From: Acidobacteriota bacterium
Lineage (GTDB): Bacteria > Acidobacteriota > CAIWXX01
Assembly: GCA_040755995.1 (NCBI GenBank)
Contig: JBFMAF010000015.1
Location: 32,001 to 96,000 of the forward strand
Direction of reading: 5' to 3'
Length of the DNA: 64,000 nt
Numbering within the stretch: the first letter of the stretch is position 1; every line of letters starts with the position of its first letter. A program made the position numbers and the translations under genes. The notes below the pieces were generated by a model. That model was not told the origin of the DNA and searched no databases. It worked only from the letters and a program-made list of their open reading frames with translations. Positions 18,789 to 31,753 of the stretch are shown one piece after another.

Positions 18789-20444
18789 ATGACGACGCAT
18801 CCACTGGCGGGCAAATCAGTGCCCGACGAGCTCCTTATCGACGTCGAGGCGCTCGAGAGAGCCTACTGCGACCGCGGGCCGGATCCCGCAGATCCGAATC
18901 AGCTCGTGAGCTTCGGCACGAGCGGCCACCGCGGCTGCTCGCTCGATGGGACCTTCAACGAGGCCCACATTCTGGCCACCACCCAGGCGATCTGTGACTA
19001 CCGGCGGGCGCGGGCAATTCACGGGCCGTTGTTCATGGGCAAGGACACGCACGCTCTTTCTGCGCCTGCGCAACGGACCGCCATCGAGGTGCTGGCCGCC
19101 AACGGGGTTGAGGCCTTCATACAGAAGGATGACGGCGTCACGCCGACGCCATCGATATCGAGGGCGATCATTCAGTTCAACCGTGGTGGAAGCGGGCTCC
19201 AGGCGGACGGGATCGTCGTGACACCGTCGCACAACCCGCCCTCCGACGGCGGCTTCAAGTATAACCCGCCCAATGGCGGTCCCGCCGACACGGAGGTGAC
19301 ACGCTGGATCCAGGATCGCGCGAACCTGCTGCTGAGGGCGGGCAACGCGGAGGTCAGGCGGATTGCGTACGAGGCGGCGCTCAAGGTGCCGACCACGCAC
19401 GAACACGACTTCATCGCCCCCTACGTCCGGGACCTCGTCACGGTCGTGGACATGGACGTGATCCGAGCCGCAGGCGTGCGCGTCGGAGTCGACCCGATGG
19501 GAGGCTCAGCCATTGGATACTGGGACCCCATCAGAGAGCGGTATGGGATCGACCTGGCAGTGGTGAATACGCTCGTGGATCGCACGTTCCGCTTCATGAC
19601 GGTCGATCACGACGGCAAGATCCGGATGGACTGCTCGAGCCCGTACGCCATGGCGAGGCTCGTCGGCCTCAAGGACAGCTTCGACGTGGCCTTCGGCAAC
19701 GACACCGACGCGGATCGCCATGGGATCGTCGCGAAGTCCACGGGGCTGATGAATCCCAATCACTATCTTTCGGTGGCTATCAACTACCTGTTGACCCACC
19801 GGCCGGCCTGGACGAACTCGTCGGCCGTCGGCAAGACCCTGGTGAGCAGCGGGCTCATCGACCGCGTGGTGCGCGACCTCGACAGGAGGCTCGTCGAGGT
19901 CCCCGTGGGCTTCAAGTGGTTTGCCCGGGGGCTGCTCGATGGAACGATCTGCTTCGGAGGCGAGGAGAGCGCCGGCGCAAGCTTCCTGCGAATGGACGGC
20001 ACCGTCTGGTCGACCGACAAGGACGGCCTCATCCTGGGGCTGCTTGCTGCCGAGATCACGGCCCGAACGGGGAAGGATCCGGGGGAACACTACCGGGAGC
20101 TGGCGGCGCGGTTTGGCGTGCCGCACTACGTTCGCATCGACGCTCCTGCCACACCGGCGCAGAAGGCTGCTTTGAAGGGGCTGTCGGCGGAGTCGGTAGT
20201 CGCACAGGAGCTCGCCGGCGAACCCATACTCGGGAAGCTCACACGAGCCCCTGGCAACGGCGCGCCGATCGACGGCTTGAAGGTCGTCGCTGAGAACGGC
20301 TGGTTTGCCGCCCGGCCGTCGGGCACTGAGAATATCTACAAACTCTACGCGGAGAGCTTCAAGAGTCGCGCCCACCTCGACGAGATCGTCCAGGAGGCTC
20401 AGCGGATCGTGCTCCAGTCCCTCCGTGGCAGCCGAACTGCCTGA
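18789..20444 (+). CDS. pgm: Phosphoglucomutase (alpha-D-glucose-phosphate specific)
   Basis: [55 protein letters not shown]. Confidence 0.96.
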   Translation: MTTHPLAGKSVPDELLIDVEALERAYCDRGPDPADPNQLVSFGTSGHRGCSLDGTFNEAHILATTQAICDYRRARAIHGPLFMGKDTHALSAPAQRTAIEVLAANGVEAFIQKDDGVTPTPSISRAIIQFNRGGSGLQADGIVVTPSHNPPSDGGFKYNPPNGGPADTEVTRWIQDRANLLLRAGNAEVRRIAYEAALKVPTTHEHDFIAPYVRDLVTVVDMDVIRAAGVRVGVDPMGGSAIGYWDPIRERYGIDLAVVNTLVDRTFRFMTVDHDGKIRMDCSSPYAMARLVGLKDSFDVAFGNDTDADRHGIVAKSTGLMNPNHYLSVAINYLLTHRPAWTNSSAVGKTLVSSGLIDRVVRDLDRRLVEVPVGFKWFARGLLDGTICFGGEESAGASFLRMDGTVWSTDKDGLILGLLAAEITARTGKDPGEHYRELAARFGVPHYVRIDAPATPAQKAALKGLSAESVVAQELAGEPILGKLTRAPGNGAPIDGLKVVAENGWFAARPSGTENIYKLYAESFKSRAHLDEIVQEAQRIVLQSLRGSRTA

Positions 20445-20534
20445 CCCTTCTGCACTTTGCACTTTGCATCCTGCATTTTTATTTTGCCTTGCCCCCTGGG
20501 AGGGAGTCTGGTATAGTGCGACCGGTTCAGTGAC

Positions 20535-20993
20535 ATGAGGACAACGGCTGGCCGCGCAATTCTCACGTTCGTCCTGATCCTGGCGCTGTGTAGCCCGGTG
20601 GTGTCGAGCCCCGTGAAGCCGGCTATCTCGATGGAGATAAAGGGCCCCGGCAAACCGGTGCAGCCCGGGCCGCTGACGATACGCATCGAGATCGTCGCCA
20701 AGATCCAGGTCGCATCGGTCAACGTGAAGGCCTACATGGACAAGATGCCGGCGCAGACGACACCGCAGCCTCCGTTGGCGTTGAACCGGGGCGACAGGCG
20801 AAGCGTCGATGTCATCCTGCAGATCACCGACAGGAAGGAACATTGGTTCTTCGCCGAAGCCGAGGTCACGCTTCTCTCAGGCGAGCGCCTGAGCGTGATG
20901 AAATCCCTGGTCCTCAACCCCAGCAAGAGCGGTAAGAGCAACAAGCCCGACACGACCTACGATACTTACCGGGCCGAAAAACCGCACAAGTAG
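20535..20993 (+). CDS. Hypothetical secreted protein
   Basis: Signal peptide and beta-rich mature part; TGnTATAGT box upstream. Confidence 0.7.
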   Translation: MRTTAGRAILTFVLILALCSPVVSSPVKPAISMEIKGPGKPVQPGPLTIRIEIVAKIQVASVNVKAYMDKMPAQTTPQPPLALNRGDRRSVDVILQITDRKEHWFFAEAEVTLLSGERLSVMKSLVLNPSKSGKSNKPDTTYDTYRAEKPHK

Positions 20994-21119
20994 CCGCCAC
21001 CTCCCGCGATAGACAGGTCGGGGCGCCGAAATTGCAGGCGCCTGGGCAGCCGCGGTTGCGCGACTTGCGCGTGCAACATCCTCTCGCAAGAACCGCCCGG
21101 AGCGTCTATAATGGGCCGC

Positions 21120-21683
21120 ATGCCGTTCAGAGCTGAGCACCAGGCGCTCAACGAGTTCCTGGACAAGAGGAGCATGAAGCGGTCGCGCAAGCGACAGCTC
21201 GTGCTGGAGTGTTTTCTCAGGAGCGAGTCCCACCTGAGCGCCGAGGATCTGTACCGGCTCGTGCACAGGGAGCATCCTGAGATAGGCCGATCTACTGTGT
21301 ACCGGGCGCTCAAGCTTTTCTGCGAAAGCGGAGTGGCCCGCCAGGTGGACCTGCGCGACGGGCGCGAACGCTATGAGCACCACTTCCAGCATCCGCACCA
21401 CGATCACATGGTGTGCACCACTTGCGGCCGCACCTTCGAATTCGTCTGCCAGGAGATCGAAGCCCTGCAGGGGCGAGTCGCCGAATCGATCAAGTTCGCT
21501 GCTGCGAGCCACACCCTGCAGATTTTCGGCGAGTGCGCTGCCTGCCGCCGGAGGGCGAGGAGGCGCCGGCTCACCGCGCCTCCGACCTCACACAGGTTGA
21601 TCGAGCTCGATCGCAACACGACCAGGCAGAAGGCGGTCACGGCCGGCAGTGATCCGGCGGTGCGGGGCACGCGCCACCGGTAG
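21120..21683 (+). CDS. Fur family transcriptional regulator
   Basis: HLSAEDLY, IGRSTVYRALKL, HHDHMVCTTCG, GECAAC. ATG 21120 lies 7 nt after TATAAT. Confidence 0.92.
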   Translation: MPFRAEHQALNEFLDKRSMKRSRKRQLVLECFLRSESHLSAEDLYRLVHREHPEIGRSTVYRALKLFCESGVARQVDLRDGRERYEHHFQHPHHDHMVCTTCGRTFEFVCQEIEALQGRVAESIKFAAASHTLQIFGECAACRRRARRRRLTAPPTSHRLIELDRNTTRQKAVTAGSDPAVRGTRHR

Positions 21684-21813
21684 ACACGGCTTGCGCCGGC
21701 CGGGGTCCGCCGCTTTCCGCGACGTCCCCTGCACGGCAGCGCGTGAAACCGGCGCAGCGCCCGGCGCGGCCGGACCGGCCCCGCGTCCGCCACCGGTCTG
21801 AGGCAACTCCTCG

Positions 21814-22662
21814 CTAGTTCCCGGCCAGATCGGGGCTCAAGCTTCGCTGAATCTCCTCCACGAAACGCGTCTCCTCGGCCAGCGCCTCCTGGGCCGCAGC
21901 GTTGAGCCGGTGGCGTTCCTGCCACGCGGCTCGCAAGAGCGACTCGACCTCAGGCCCCGGAGAGCCTCCGTCGACCGCTTTGGCCCATTCCCCCTCGAGC
22001 ATCCCGATCAACACATCCATGTCGTGAATCTCGCCGAGCCGGTCCTGCACCCGCTTGCACGAGGAGAGCCAGGCATCGGTGTGGGCACCGAGCGCCTCTG
22101 CAAACAGCTCGAGACGATACCGCAGACGCTTGAAACAAATACGCAGCTGGTGAACCGGTGCCGCGTTGTCGGACCGGCTGACCTCCGGCATGACCTCGCG
22201 GATCGCCTGAAGCTGTGGCAGCAGGTGGGCCGGGGCCTCGGCGACGAAGCGCCGGTGATCATCCGCCGTCACCACGACTGTGACGACAGGCATGGGTAGC
22301 CATAGCATCGGCCGCAGCTTCTTGAGAATCTCGCGGCGGTCGGACATCAGGCGCGTCAGGTAGGCCTGGCCCTGTGTCGCGCTTGAGTCCGATTGCAGGG
22401 CGAGCTTCCGCATGTTCTCCAGTGCGACATCCAGATCCCGAAGCTGCCCGAGCTTCTTCCTGATGCGCGATGCGACCTTCTTCAGCCTGCCCAGCTCCTC
22501 CACCGGAAACACCCCTTGAGCGGCGGCCAGCCGCCTGGCGCTCACCCGCAAGTCGTGGATATTGTCAGGCGTGGCTCGCCTGGCCGTCTTCCGGCAGAGC
22601 CTGGCGAAGATGGCGATGCGCTCCTCGAGGATTCGGGCGCCCGCCTTCCAGAATGTTTCCAT
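21814..22662 (-). CDS. CHAD domain-containing protein
   Basis: IHDLRVSARRL, LGQLRDLDV, HQLRICFKRLRY.LELF, QDRLGEIHDMDV. Confidence 0.9.
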   Translation of the reverse strand: METFWKAGARILEERIAIFARLCRKTARRATPDNIHDLRVSARRLAAAQGVFPVEELGRLKKVASRIRKKLGQLRDLDVALENMRKLALQSDSSATQGQAYLTRLMSDRREILKKLRPMLWLPMPVVTVVVTADDHRRFVAEAPAHLLPQLQAIREVMPEVSRSDNAAPVHQLRICFKRLRYRLELFAEALGAHTDAWLSSCKRVQDRLGEIHDMDVLIGMLEGEWAKAVDGGSPGPEVESLLRAAWQERHRLNAAAQEALAEETRFVEEIQRSLSPDLAGN

Positions 22663-22924
22663 GGACCTCACCAGGGTGGGCACATTATAGTTGGCATCTA
22701 TCGCAGATTCAAAACGGACGCGCCCGCGGCCATCGCGGCCGCCGTGATGGTCGATCCTGTGCTGGTATCCCCCGACAACGAAAGCGACCACGACGACTGT
22801 GGCGATCACGATTCCTCCCGCAAGATTCGAGTCGCTGGACAGACGCAACTCGCACACGCGCACGACGCGCACGCTCGCAACTTGACTCCGCCGGTCACGG
22901 AATGCTATTAGTTAGGCGCTCAGC

Positions 22925-23001
22925 GGGGTCGTAGTTCAGCTGGTTAGAACGCCGGCCTGTCACGCCGGAGGTCGCGAGTTCGAGTCTCGTCGGCCCCGCC
23001 A
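22925..23001 (+). tRNA. tRNA-Asp (GTC)
   Basis: 77 nt; acceptor stem GGGGTCG/CGGCCCC, anticodon arm CCGGC-CTGTCAC-GCCGG, T-loop GTTCGAG, encoded CCA. Confidence 0.97.
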
Positions 23002-23122
23002 TTCTTCTCCGGCATCCCGAAGGTTCTTGCGCGCCGCGGGGGGCCGCATTGAAATCGGGCGCCGGAGAGATGTCGCGCGCAGTGCGCCCATACGCAACAC
23101 GGCGGGCCGCGGTGGCCGGCGT

Positions 23123-25486
<2,364 letters not shown>

Positions 25487-25606
25487 GATCTCGCTCCTCT
25501 CGCCGCCGACTTACCTTCGATTCATCCGCTCACAATTCACATTATGACTCATCCGGCGGGCCGCATCAATCGCGCGTGCCGGTCTCTCTCCTCGATAGGA
25601 CTCCGG

Positions 25607-25921
25607 CTACTCCTCCTCCAGGCTCGCGCGCAAGGGGAACCCGTTCTCTCGCGCCAGCTCGTGCACGTGATCGACCTTCGTTTCGGCGATCTCGTAGGGA
25701 TAGACCCCGCAGATTCCCGCCCCCTCGACATGCACCTGGAGCATGATTCTGACGGCTTCGCCCGGGGGTTTGTTGAAGACGGCCATGAGAACCTGCACCA
25801 CGAATTCCATGGTTGTGTAGTCGTCGTTGTGGAGGATCACCTTGAACAGGGCCGGCTTCTTGGTGACAGGCCGCGTCTTCTCAAGGACTTCGCCGCCCGG
25901 TTTCCGCTCTTCGGTCGCCAT
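25607..25921 (-). CDS. clpS: Clp protease adaptor ClpS
   Basis: FKVILHNDDYTTMEFVV, IMLQVH..G.G.CG.Y..EIAETK, GFPLR. Confidence 0.97.
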   Translation of the reverse strand: MATEERKPGGEVLEKTRPVTKKPALFKVILHNDDYTTMEFVVQVLMAVFNKPPGEAVRIMLQVHVEGAGICGVYPYEIAETKVDHVHELARENGFPLRASLEEE

Positions 25922-26009
25922 ACCCCCTCACTCCTCCCGCCGCGCGCCTCGAACGCCCCCACGCGGGTGAGGTGAGTCCCGCGCGGACAAGCCGCGCGGG
26001 ACTGCGCTG

Positions 26010-26315
26010 TTAGGCAGGTTTAGTTTCCGAAGAAACGCGGGTCTCGCTGGAGCTGTCCTGCGAAGTTGCCTTCGTCGAGGGTTTCTCTCCAGCGGATGTT
26101 TCAGGTGAGCTCTTCGCGCCGGAGCCGTTCGGCCCCTTTCGCGCATAATCCGTTATGTACCACCCACTCCCTTTGAAGTGAATAGCAGGAGACGATAGAA
26201 GTTTCTCAACTTCGCCTCCGCACGCCGGGCAGGTCTTGACCGGTGGCTCGGAGAACTTCTGGATGACTTCCGTCCGTCTCCCGCATACGAGACATCCGTA
26301 CTCGTAAAGTGGCAC
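26010..26315 (-). CDS. FmdB family zinc-ribbon protein
   Basis: MPLYEYGCLVCG...CPACGG...FKGSGWYITDY. Confidence 0.92.
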   Translation of the reverse strand: MPLYEYGCLVCGRRTEVIQKFSEPPVKTCPACGGEVEKLLSSPAIHFKGSGWYITDYARKGPNGSGAKSSPETSAGEKPSTKATSQDSSSETRVSSETKPA

Positions 26316-26350
26316 CTACTCGTTACCTCCGTCGTGCAATCAAGCCTCTA

Positions 26351-26379
26351 ATCATATCCCCTGATTCCCGGGGTGTCAA
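26351..26379 (-). promoter_or_regulatory. Predicted sigma70 promoter for the FmdB-like gene (possibly also clpS-clpA)
   Basis: TTGACA-17 bp-TATGAT on the minus strand. Confidence 0.7.
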
Positions 26380-26537
26380 GGTCGCGCGATTCCCCGCAAT
26401 CCGGCGGTCGTATGCGTCGTTCAGTCGCCGTCCATCAGAGGGGGCTGAGGCCGGACCCGATACCGAAGCTTGATAATCGGGACCAGAGTCCGTAATATAG
26501 CAGCAGGAGGAGGGGAGCTCTCACAGCACGACGCCGG

Positions 26538-27176
26538 ATGATCACCGGGTTCAACACGGACATCAAGCACAAGGGCCAGGTCTACCACATACAGACCGAG
26601 GACAAGGGTCTGTCCAACCCAGTCATCGAATCCCTCGTGTACAAGGGGGGCGAGATACTGGCCACGCGTCGCAGCTCATACAAGGACCAGCTTGATGAGG
26701 GGTTCGATGAGAAAGAGCTTACGAAGCTCATGGAGGAGCAGCACCGGCGGGTGATCTTCGACATCCAGAACGGCCGGCTGGATTCGAAGGAAGGCAACCT
26801 GCTGGAAGGCTCTGACGAGAGGACCCTCGACGAGCTGGTGATCGAGTACCTGGCCACGTTGCTCGGCGGTGAGAGATTGAAGATCAAGCTTCCCGATTCG
26901 CTCGACATCCTGCCGGGCCTCCCGACCGAGTTCGTGGTGTCGACGCGCAAGGACCTGACGCTCGAGCCTGTGCCGGGCTCGCGGGTCACCGTCGACCTGG
27001 TGGTCTCTGACAAGACTCACTCTCTGTTCGTCGGAATAACCGACAGGTTCGGCAAGACCACGGCGCGTTTCACTGTGCCGGAATCGATCGGCGAGGACGC
27101 GATGCTGGTCATCTCGGCGGCGAGCGAGCGGGGTCAGGCCGAGTGCAGGCACGCCATACGGCGAGCCCGCAAGTAG
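26538..27176 (+). CDS. Conserved hypothetical protein
   Basis: N-terminal GFNTDIKHKGQVYHIQTEDKG..NP.IE motif; TTGATA-17-TAATAT promoter (26470-26498) and GGAGG upstream. Confidence 0.8.
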   Translation: MITGFNTDIKHKGQVYHIQTEDKGLSNPVIESLVYKGGEILATRRSSYKDQLDEGFDEKELTKLMEEQHRRVIFDIQNGRLDSKEGNLLEGSDERTLDELVIEYLATLLGGERLKIKLPDSLDILPGLPTEFVVSTRKDLTLEPVPGSRVTVDLVVSDKTHSLFVGITDRFGKTTARFTVPESIGEDAMLVISAASERGQAECRHAIRRARK

Positions 27177-27278
27177 CCGCAAAGCGCGTCGACCCAGCCT
27201 GCGCCCTTACCTGAGGTGGCCTCCGCAGCTCTACGCCGGCCCGGCACGAGCCCCGGCGCTGAAGCGCCCGGCGTGTCG

Positions 27279-28325
27279 TCAGAAGTAGTAGAACGCCAGC
27301 CCCAGTATGGCGTAGATCGCAAGCAGCTCCACCCCCTCGAACCAGTTGCTCTGGCCGTTCAGAATCACGAACGGCACGGCGATGGTCGAAGCGGCGATGG
27401 CTACGATCTCGATCGAAGTGAAGGCCAGTGCGATGGGCTGCCCGATGAAGTACCCGATGATGACCAGAAGGGGCCCCACGAAGAGTGCGATCTGGAGGCT
27501 CGATCCGAGGCAGATGTTCAATGAGACATCCACCTTGTTCTTCATGGCCATCACGACCGACGACGCATGCTCCGCTGCATTGCCGACCATCGCGAGCAGG
27601 ATCGCCCCCATGAAGAGGTCGTTGAATCCGATCTTGTGGCCCACGTCGCCGACCGTGTGGACGATGTTCTCGCTCAGATAGCTGACCACGACCGCCGCCA
27701 CCGCGAGCAGCAGGCCGGCGGTCTTTGCGCCCCACTCAGGCTTCTCGTGCTTCTCTTCCCCGCCGAACAGGTGCCGATGTGTCTTCAGCGAGAAGAGCAG
27801 TGAAATGAGATAGGTTCCGATGAGGACCACTGAAACCCAGAGCGTCAGGCGGATCTCCTGCGCCTTGGCCAGGCCCGGATCGGTGATGTGGACCGCCGCC
27901 GGGATGAGAACCCCGATCACGGATAGCACCAGAAGCGACGACCCGGATTCGGCAGCGATCGGTGAGAAGGTTTGAACCGAATGCTTCCAGCCACCCAGGA
28001 GGATCGAAAGCCCGAACACCAAGAGCAGATTGCCAATCATGGATCCCGTGAGCGTTGCCTGGACGAGCGGAATCAGGCCGCCCTTGAGCGCGTAAATGGC
28101 GAGAATCAGCTCGGCCGCGTTTCCGAACGTGGCGTTCAGAAACCCGCCCATCGCCGCGCCCGTGCGCGCAGCCAGAGACTCCGTCGCGCGCCCCATCAGC
28201 GCGGCCATGGGCACCATGGACACGCAGCTGAGCAAGAACAGCGGCATCCCGCCGATACCCAAGAGATGAACCAGCACGGTCGCAGGAATGGGTAGGTAGA
28301 ATGCCAGCTTGAGCGCCCTGCGCAT
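27279..28325 (-). CDS. Calcium/proton exchanger (CAX/ChaA family)
   Basis: LNATFGNAAE, GSMIGNLLLV, VGNAAEH, GSSLQIALFV, SNWFEG; many TM helices. Confidence 0.94.
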   Translation of the reverse strand: MRRALKLAFYLPIPATVLVHLLGIGGMPLFLLSCVSMVPMAALMGRATESLAARTGAAMGGFLNATFGNAAELILAIYALKGGLIPLVQATLTGSMIGNLLLVFGLSILLGGWKHSVQTFSPIAAESGSSLLVLSVIGVLIPAAVHITDPGLAKAQEIRLTLWVSVVLIGTYLISLLFSLKTHRHLFGGEEKHEKPEWGAKTAGLLLAVAAVVVSYLSENIVHTVGDVGHKIGFNDLFMGAILLAMVGNAAEHASSVVMAMKNKVDVSLNICLGSSLQIALFVGPLLVIIGYFIGQPIALAFTSIEIVAIAASTIAVPFVILNGQSNWFEGVELLAIYAILGLAFYYF

Positions 28326-28472
28326 GGTCGCGATGATACCACGCCGAACTGCGGATCGCCAGCGGCACGCTCGGGGTGTATATCCCATGGCCGGCCGCTC
28401 CAGGGCCGGAAAGACCGTGGGTTCGTGTCGTCGGGTTGACCGCGCACAGGTCGGCACTATACAATCCGCCCC

Positions 28473-29033
28473 ATGAGCGATGCGAAAGACTGGGATGAAC
28501 TGAAGGCGCTGCTGCTGCAGCGATCGCTTGCGTTTGGGGACTTCGTCCTGACGTCGGGCAAGCGCAGTAATTACTACTTTGATAGTAAAATCACGACGCT
28601 TCATCCGCGCGGCATCTACCTCGCGGCCCGCGCGATTCTGGGCATCGTGCGGGAGCAGGGCCTACGAGCCGACGCGGTCGGCGGGCTTACCCTGGGCGCC
28701 GATCCGCTGGTCTCAGGGTGCGCACTGGTCAGCCAGCTGGAGGGGCCCTACCCGCTTCAGGCTTTCATCGTCCGGAAGGAACCCAAGGGGCACGGCAGCA
28801 AGCGGCTCATCGAGGGGCTCTGGGAGAAGGATACGGTGCGCAGCGCGATCATCGTCGAGGACGTCTGCACGACCGGATCGTCGAGCCTGAAGGCGGTGGA
28901 GGCGGCCGAGGAGTACCCGATGGAAGTGAAAGCGGTGATCGCGCTGGTAGACAGGGAAGAAGGAGGCAGCGAGAGGATACGCGCTCGATACCCGTTCTTC
29001 CCGGTGTTCCGTCGAAGCGATCTGTTTACATAG
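28473..29033 (+). CDS. pyrE: Orotate phosphoribosyltransferase
   Basis: GDFVLTSGKRSNYYFD, VGGLTLGADP, IVRKEPKGHG, IVEDVCTTGSS, LVDREEG. Confidence 0.96.
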   Translation: MSDAKDWDELKALLLQRSLAFGDFVLTSGKRSNYYFDSKITTLHPRGIYLAARAILGIVREQGLRADAVGGLTLGADPLVSGCALVSQLEGPYPLQAFIVRKEPKGHGSKRLIEGLWEKDTVRSAIIVEDVCTTGSSSLKAVEAAEEYPMEVKAVIALVDREEGGSERIRARYPFFPVFRRSDLFT

Positions 29034-29048
29034 GCTGGAGGCCGGATC

Positions 29049-29624
29049 ATGCAGGCAATCGAAGCGGTAACGGACAGGAGGCCGGCGGCGCGCAGGGCTT
29101 TTCTGGAATTGCTGGCGGTCGTCGGATTCGCTGCTCTCACGGCGTTGTTGTCGCAGGTGTCGTTCCACGTTCCGGGAATCCCCGTCCCAGCGACCCTTCA
29201 GACGCTGGCGGTGCTCGCATCCGGCTACTACCTGGGCGCGCGTCGAGCCGCGGCCAGCCAGCTCACCTATCTGGTGATGGGTGTGATAGGCCTGCCTGTG
29301 TTCGCGGCCAGCCCGATTCTTCCTGCCGGCGTCGGGCGCCTCTTGGGTCCGACCGGTGGATACCTGCTGGCGTTCCCGGTGGCGGCGGCGATAGCGGGGT
29401 ATCTGCTGCGGCGGCCGCTCGCCCGGAGCTGGTGGTTCAGGTTGGCAGCGTTCAGCGCCGCGGGCCTTGTGATTCACCTGTGCGGCCTGCTGTGGTTTGG
29501 GATTGTGTTCAAGGCACTGGCTTCTCAGCTGCTTCTCGTCAGTTTGCTGCCATTTCTGCCAGTCGACGCGGCGAAGAGCGCCCTGCTGGCATCCATCGCG
29601 CGGCGCCCCTCGCTCGGCAAGTAG
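29049..29624 (+). CDS. bioY: Biotin transporter S-component BioY
   Basis: PVPATLQTLAV, YL..G.IGLPVFA, LLGPTGGYLLAF, PFLPVD..K. Confidence 0.92.
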   Translation: MQAIEAVTDRRPAARRAFLELLAVVGFAALTALLSQVSFHVPGIPVPATLQTLAVLASGYYLGARRAAASQLTYLVMGVIGLPVFAASPILPAGVGRLLGPTGGYLLAFPVAAAIAGYLLRRPLARSWWFRLAAFSAAGLVIHLCGLLWFGIVFKALASQLLLVSLLPFLPVDAAKSALLASIARRPSLGK

Positions 29625-29724
29625 GCACGGGAACGACGCCCCGCGGCCGGTGGGCCGCGGTGTGCCAGCTCGACGGCCGGCTGGCGCCCTGCTCGTAGCC
29701 GTGGTCCGCGGCGCCGGACAAGGC

Positions 29725-30129
29725 TCAGCTGCGTGCCCGGCGCACGAACCTGATCGCGTACTCTTTCTCGCTCACGCGGGCCACCTTGTTGTCGACCAAT
29801 CCTGCCTTGAGTGCGGCGTGCTGGACGTCGCCGAACAAGACGTTGACTCCCTTTTCCAGGGCGACTTCCTTTCGGGGGATGACCGCCCAGACGGCGCCGT
29901 TGGCCTTGAGCAGCATCTTGAGCACCTTGAACAGATCCGTCCACTCGCCGCCCTCTTCCGGCCAGACGAAGATCAGGTCGGCGGTCTCGTCAGGGGCCAG
30001 CTTGCGGCGGATCGCAACGCCCGTAGGCATCATGGACTTGGCTTTTCGGAAAAAATTCTCGTGCCCGTTGAAGAAGTACACGAGGTTGTTCGGCTTGACG
30101 CCCAGTTTCCGATAGATGCTCCATTCCAT
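29725..30129 (-). CDS. Hypothetical protein (DUF3052-like)
   Basis: KLGVKP...GAVWAVIPRK...AGLVDNKV; SD GGAGG before ATG 30129. Confidence 0.7.
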   Translation of the reverse strand: MEWSIYRKLGVKPNNLVYFFNGHENFFRKAKSMMPTGVAIRRKLAPDETADLIFVWPEEGGEWTDLFKVLKMLLKANGAVWAVIPRKEVALEKGVNVLFGDVQHAALKAGLVDNKVARVSEKEYAIRFVRRARS

Positions 30130-30207
30130 ATTCAGGACCCCTCCCGTGCGGCGCGCTTCCATGATATGGAATCACCGACCCGATTTCAACGAGGAAGATG
30201 GGGCCCT

Positions 30208-30235
30208 GTAGGGGCGATGCATGCGTCGCTCCTAC
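30208..30235. repeat. GTAG-type REP
   Basis: GTAGGGGCGATGCATGCGTCGCTCCTAC, nearly identical to the unit at 4277. Confidence 0.7.
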
Positions 30236-30241
30236 CGCGCC

Positions 30242-31456
30242 CTACCGTGCGGACCAATCGATTCGAGCGGTGAGCTGCATGACCACGAAGAGAGTCACGA
30301 TTGCGCCCACGGTCACCGCCAGCCCCGTGAAGCCCTCGAAGAAGAAAGCGTACGAGAATCCGACCAGATAGACAAGTTGAGAGAGCGCCGTTTCGACGAA
30401 GGCGAACCGCGTGCCCACGACCAGCCTCATGTACGAGACGACGAGGAAGAGCGAGACGGCCGAACAGATGGCGAAGGCCGCATGGATCGAGATGTGGTCG
30501 ACGAGATATGCGAGGAGCAGGTGGAATGCGAAGAAGGCCGCAGCCAGGAAGAAGTAGTTCATCGGATGCACATCGACGCGCTTGAGAACGCAGACGATGA
30601 ATATGAGGAAGAAGAAGAAGCCCAGCGACACCGGCGCGAAGAACGAGATGCGCGCGGCCATCGGTCCCGGGTTGATCTTCTTTGGCATCTGCAGGCCGAT
30701 GCCGTTGCCCGAGATGAGGTTCTTGTACGTCCACGCGAGCTCCCAGCCGTCAGCCTTTCGATTCTTGACGGTCGGCGACATCGTATTTCCCGGAAAGTCG
30801 AAACCGTCGAAGTCGGTTGTCATAACAAGGCTGAAGTCTCTGACCTCGCCGATGCCGTCGGCGAATCTGTACGTGAACGTATCGAGCCCCTGCGACACGT
30901 ATGCCACCGAGAGCGTGTGGCGTGCTTCTACCTCCGTTGGCACGCGGGCCAGAACCTTGTCGCCTCCCACCCGCTCGAACGGCGTCGCCGCGTCATCCAC
31001 CGTGAACACGAAGTCATCGTAGATGCCGTTGGGCGCGGGGAATGCGAAGAGGATCTCGACATCGTCGGGCCGGCCGGTTGTGTTCTGGAAGACGTACTTG
31101 CCCGCAAACTTGACGCGATAGGTTGAGTACCACAGCAGTCCCTTTCTCCTCTGGTCCAGATGGATGTCCAGCCGGACCCGGCTCTGGATGACTGGTATCG
31201 CGTGCTTGTCCACGCACGTGTGCTTCACCCACGCCTTCTTCACCTCATCCCATTTCTCCTCTGTTGCGGGCCGCTCGACCAGCACGTAGGTGTCTGGGGC
31301 GCGCTGCTGGAGCGGCGTGCCCCAGAGCTCGCCAACGGCCTGCCGCAATCGGTCGTCCTGCTGCGACGTCCTGACGGAAATGCTCGACCCCAGGATCATC
31401 CAGCCTGCGCTCGCCATGAGAAACACGGCGATGATACCTGCGATCTTCTTCGACAT
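30242..31456 (-). CDS. Inner-membrane CreD-like protein
   Basis: N-terminal TM, large periplasmic loop (LDQRRKGLLWYSTY), six C-terminal TMs with HPMNY and LLLAYL.DHI. Confidence 0.75.
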   Translation of the reverse strand: MSKKIAGIIAVFLMASAGWMILGSSISVRTSQQDDRLRQAVGELWGTPLQQRAPDTYVLVERPATEEKWDEVKKAWVKHTCVDKHAIPVIQSRVRLDIHLDQRRKGLLWYSTYRVKFAGKYVFQNTTGRPDDVEILFAFPAPNGIYDDFVFTVDDAATPFERVGGDKVLARVPTEVEARHTLSVAYVSQGLDTFTYRFADGIGEVRDFSLVMTTDFDGFDFPGNTMSPTVKNRKADGWELAWTYKNLISGNGIGLQMPKKINPGPMAARISFFAPVSLGFFFFLIFIVCVLKRVDVHPMNYFFLAAAFFAFHLLLAYLVDHISIHAAFAICSAVSLFLVVSYMRLVVGTRFAFVETALSQLVYLVGFSYAFFFEGFTGLAVTVGAIVTLFVVMQLTARIDWSAR

Positions 31457-31663
31457 GGCTTACAACCTCCTGTGAATGGGCGCATCGCGCCAACCAGCCT
31501 GAGCCGATCGAAAGGCGCTCGGCTACGGGATACGCAACGCGACATGAATTGTCGTGCACGGATTCAGTAGACCAGAGCTGGAAGGAGCAAGAATGACGAG
31601 ATCGAGGAAAGGTTGTGGAGAAATGTGGCAGCCATGAGGCAAGGCGAAGTTGCGCGTGCGTCC

Positions 31664-31690
31664 GGGCCGGGTACGAAGGCCGGTCCCTAC
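31664..31690. repeat. Variant GTAG-type REP
   Basis: Minus strand GTAGGGACCGGCCTTCGTACCCGGCCC, an imperfect hairpin after GTAG. Confidence 0.4.
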
Positions 31691-31753
31691 AGAGTCCACG
31701 CACGGTCGTTTATGATCTGGTCGGGCTCGAAGTGCAGAAGGAGAAGCTGAAGT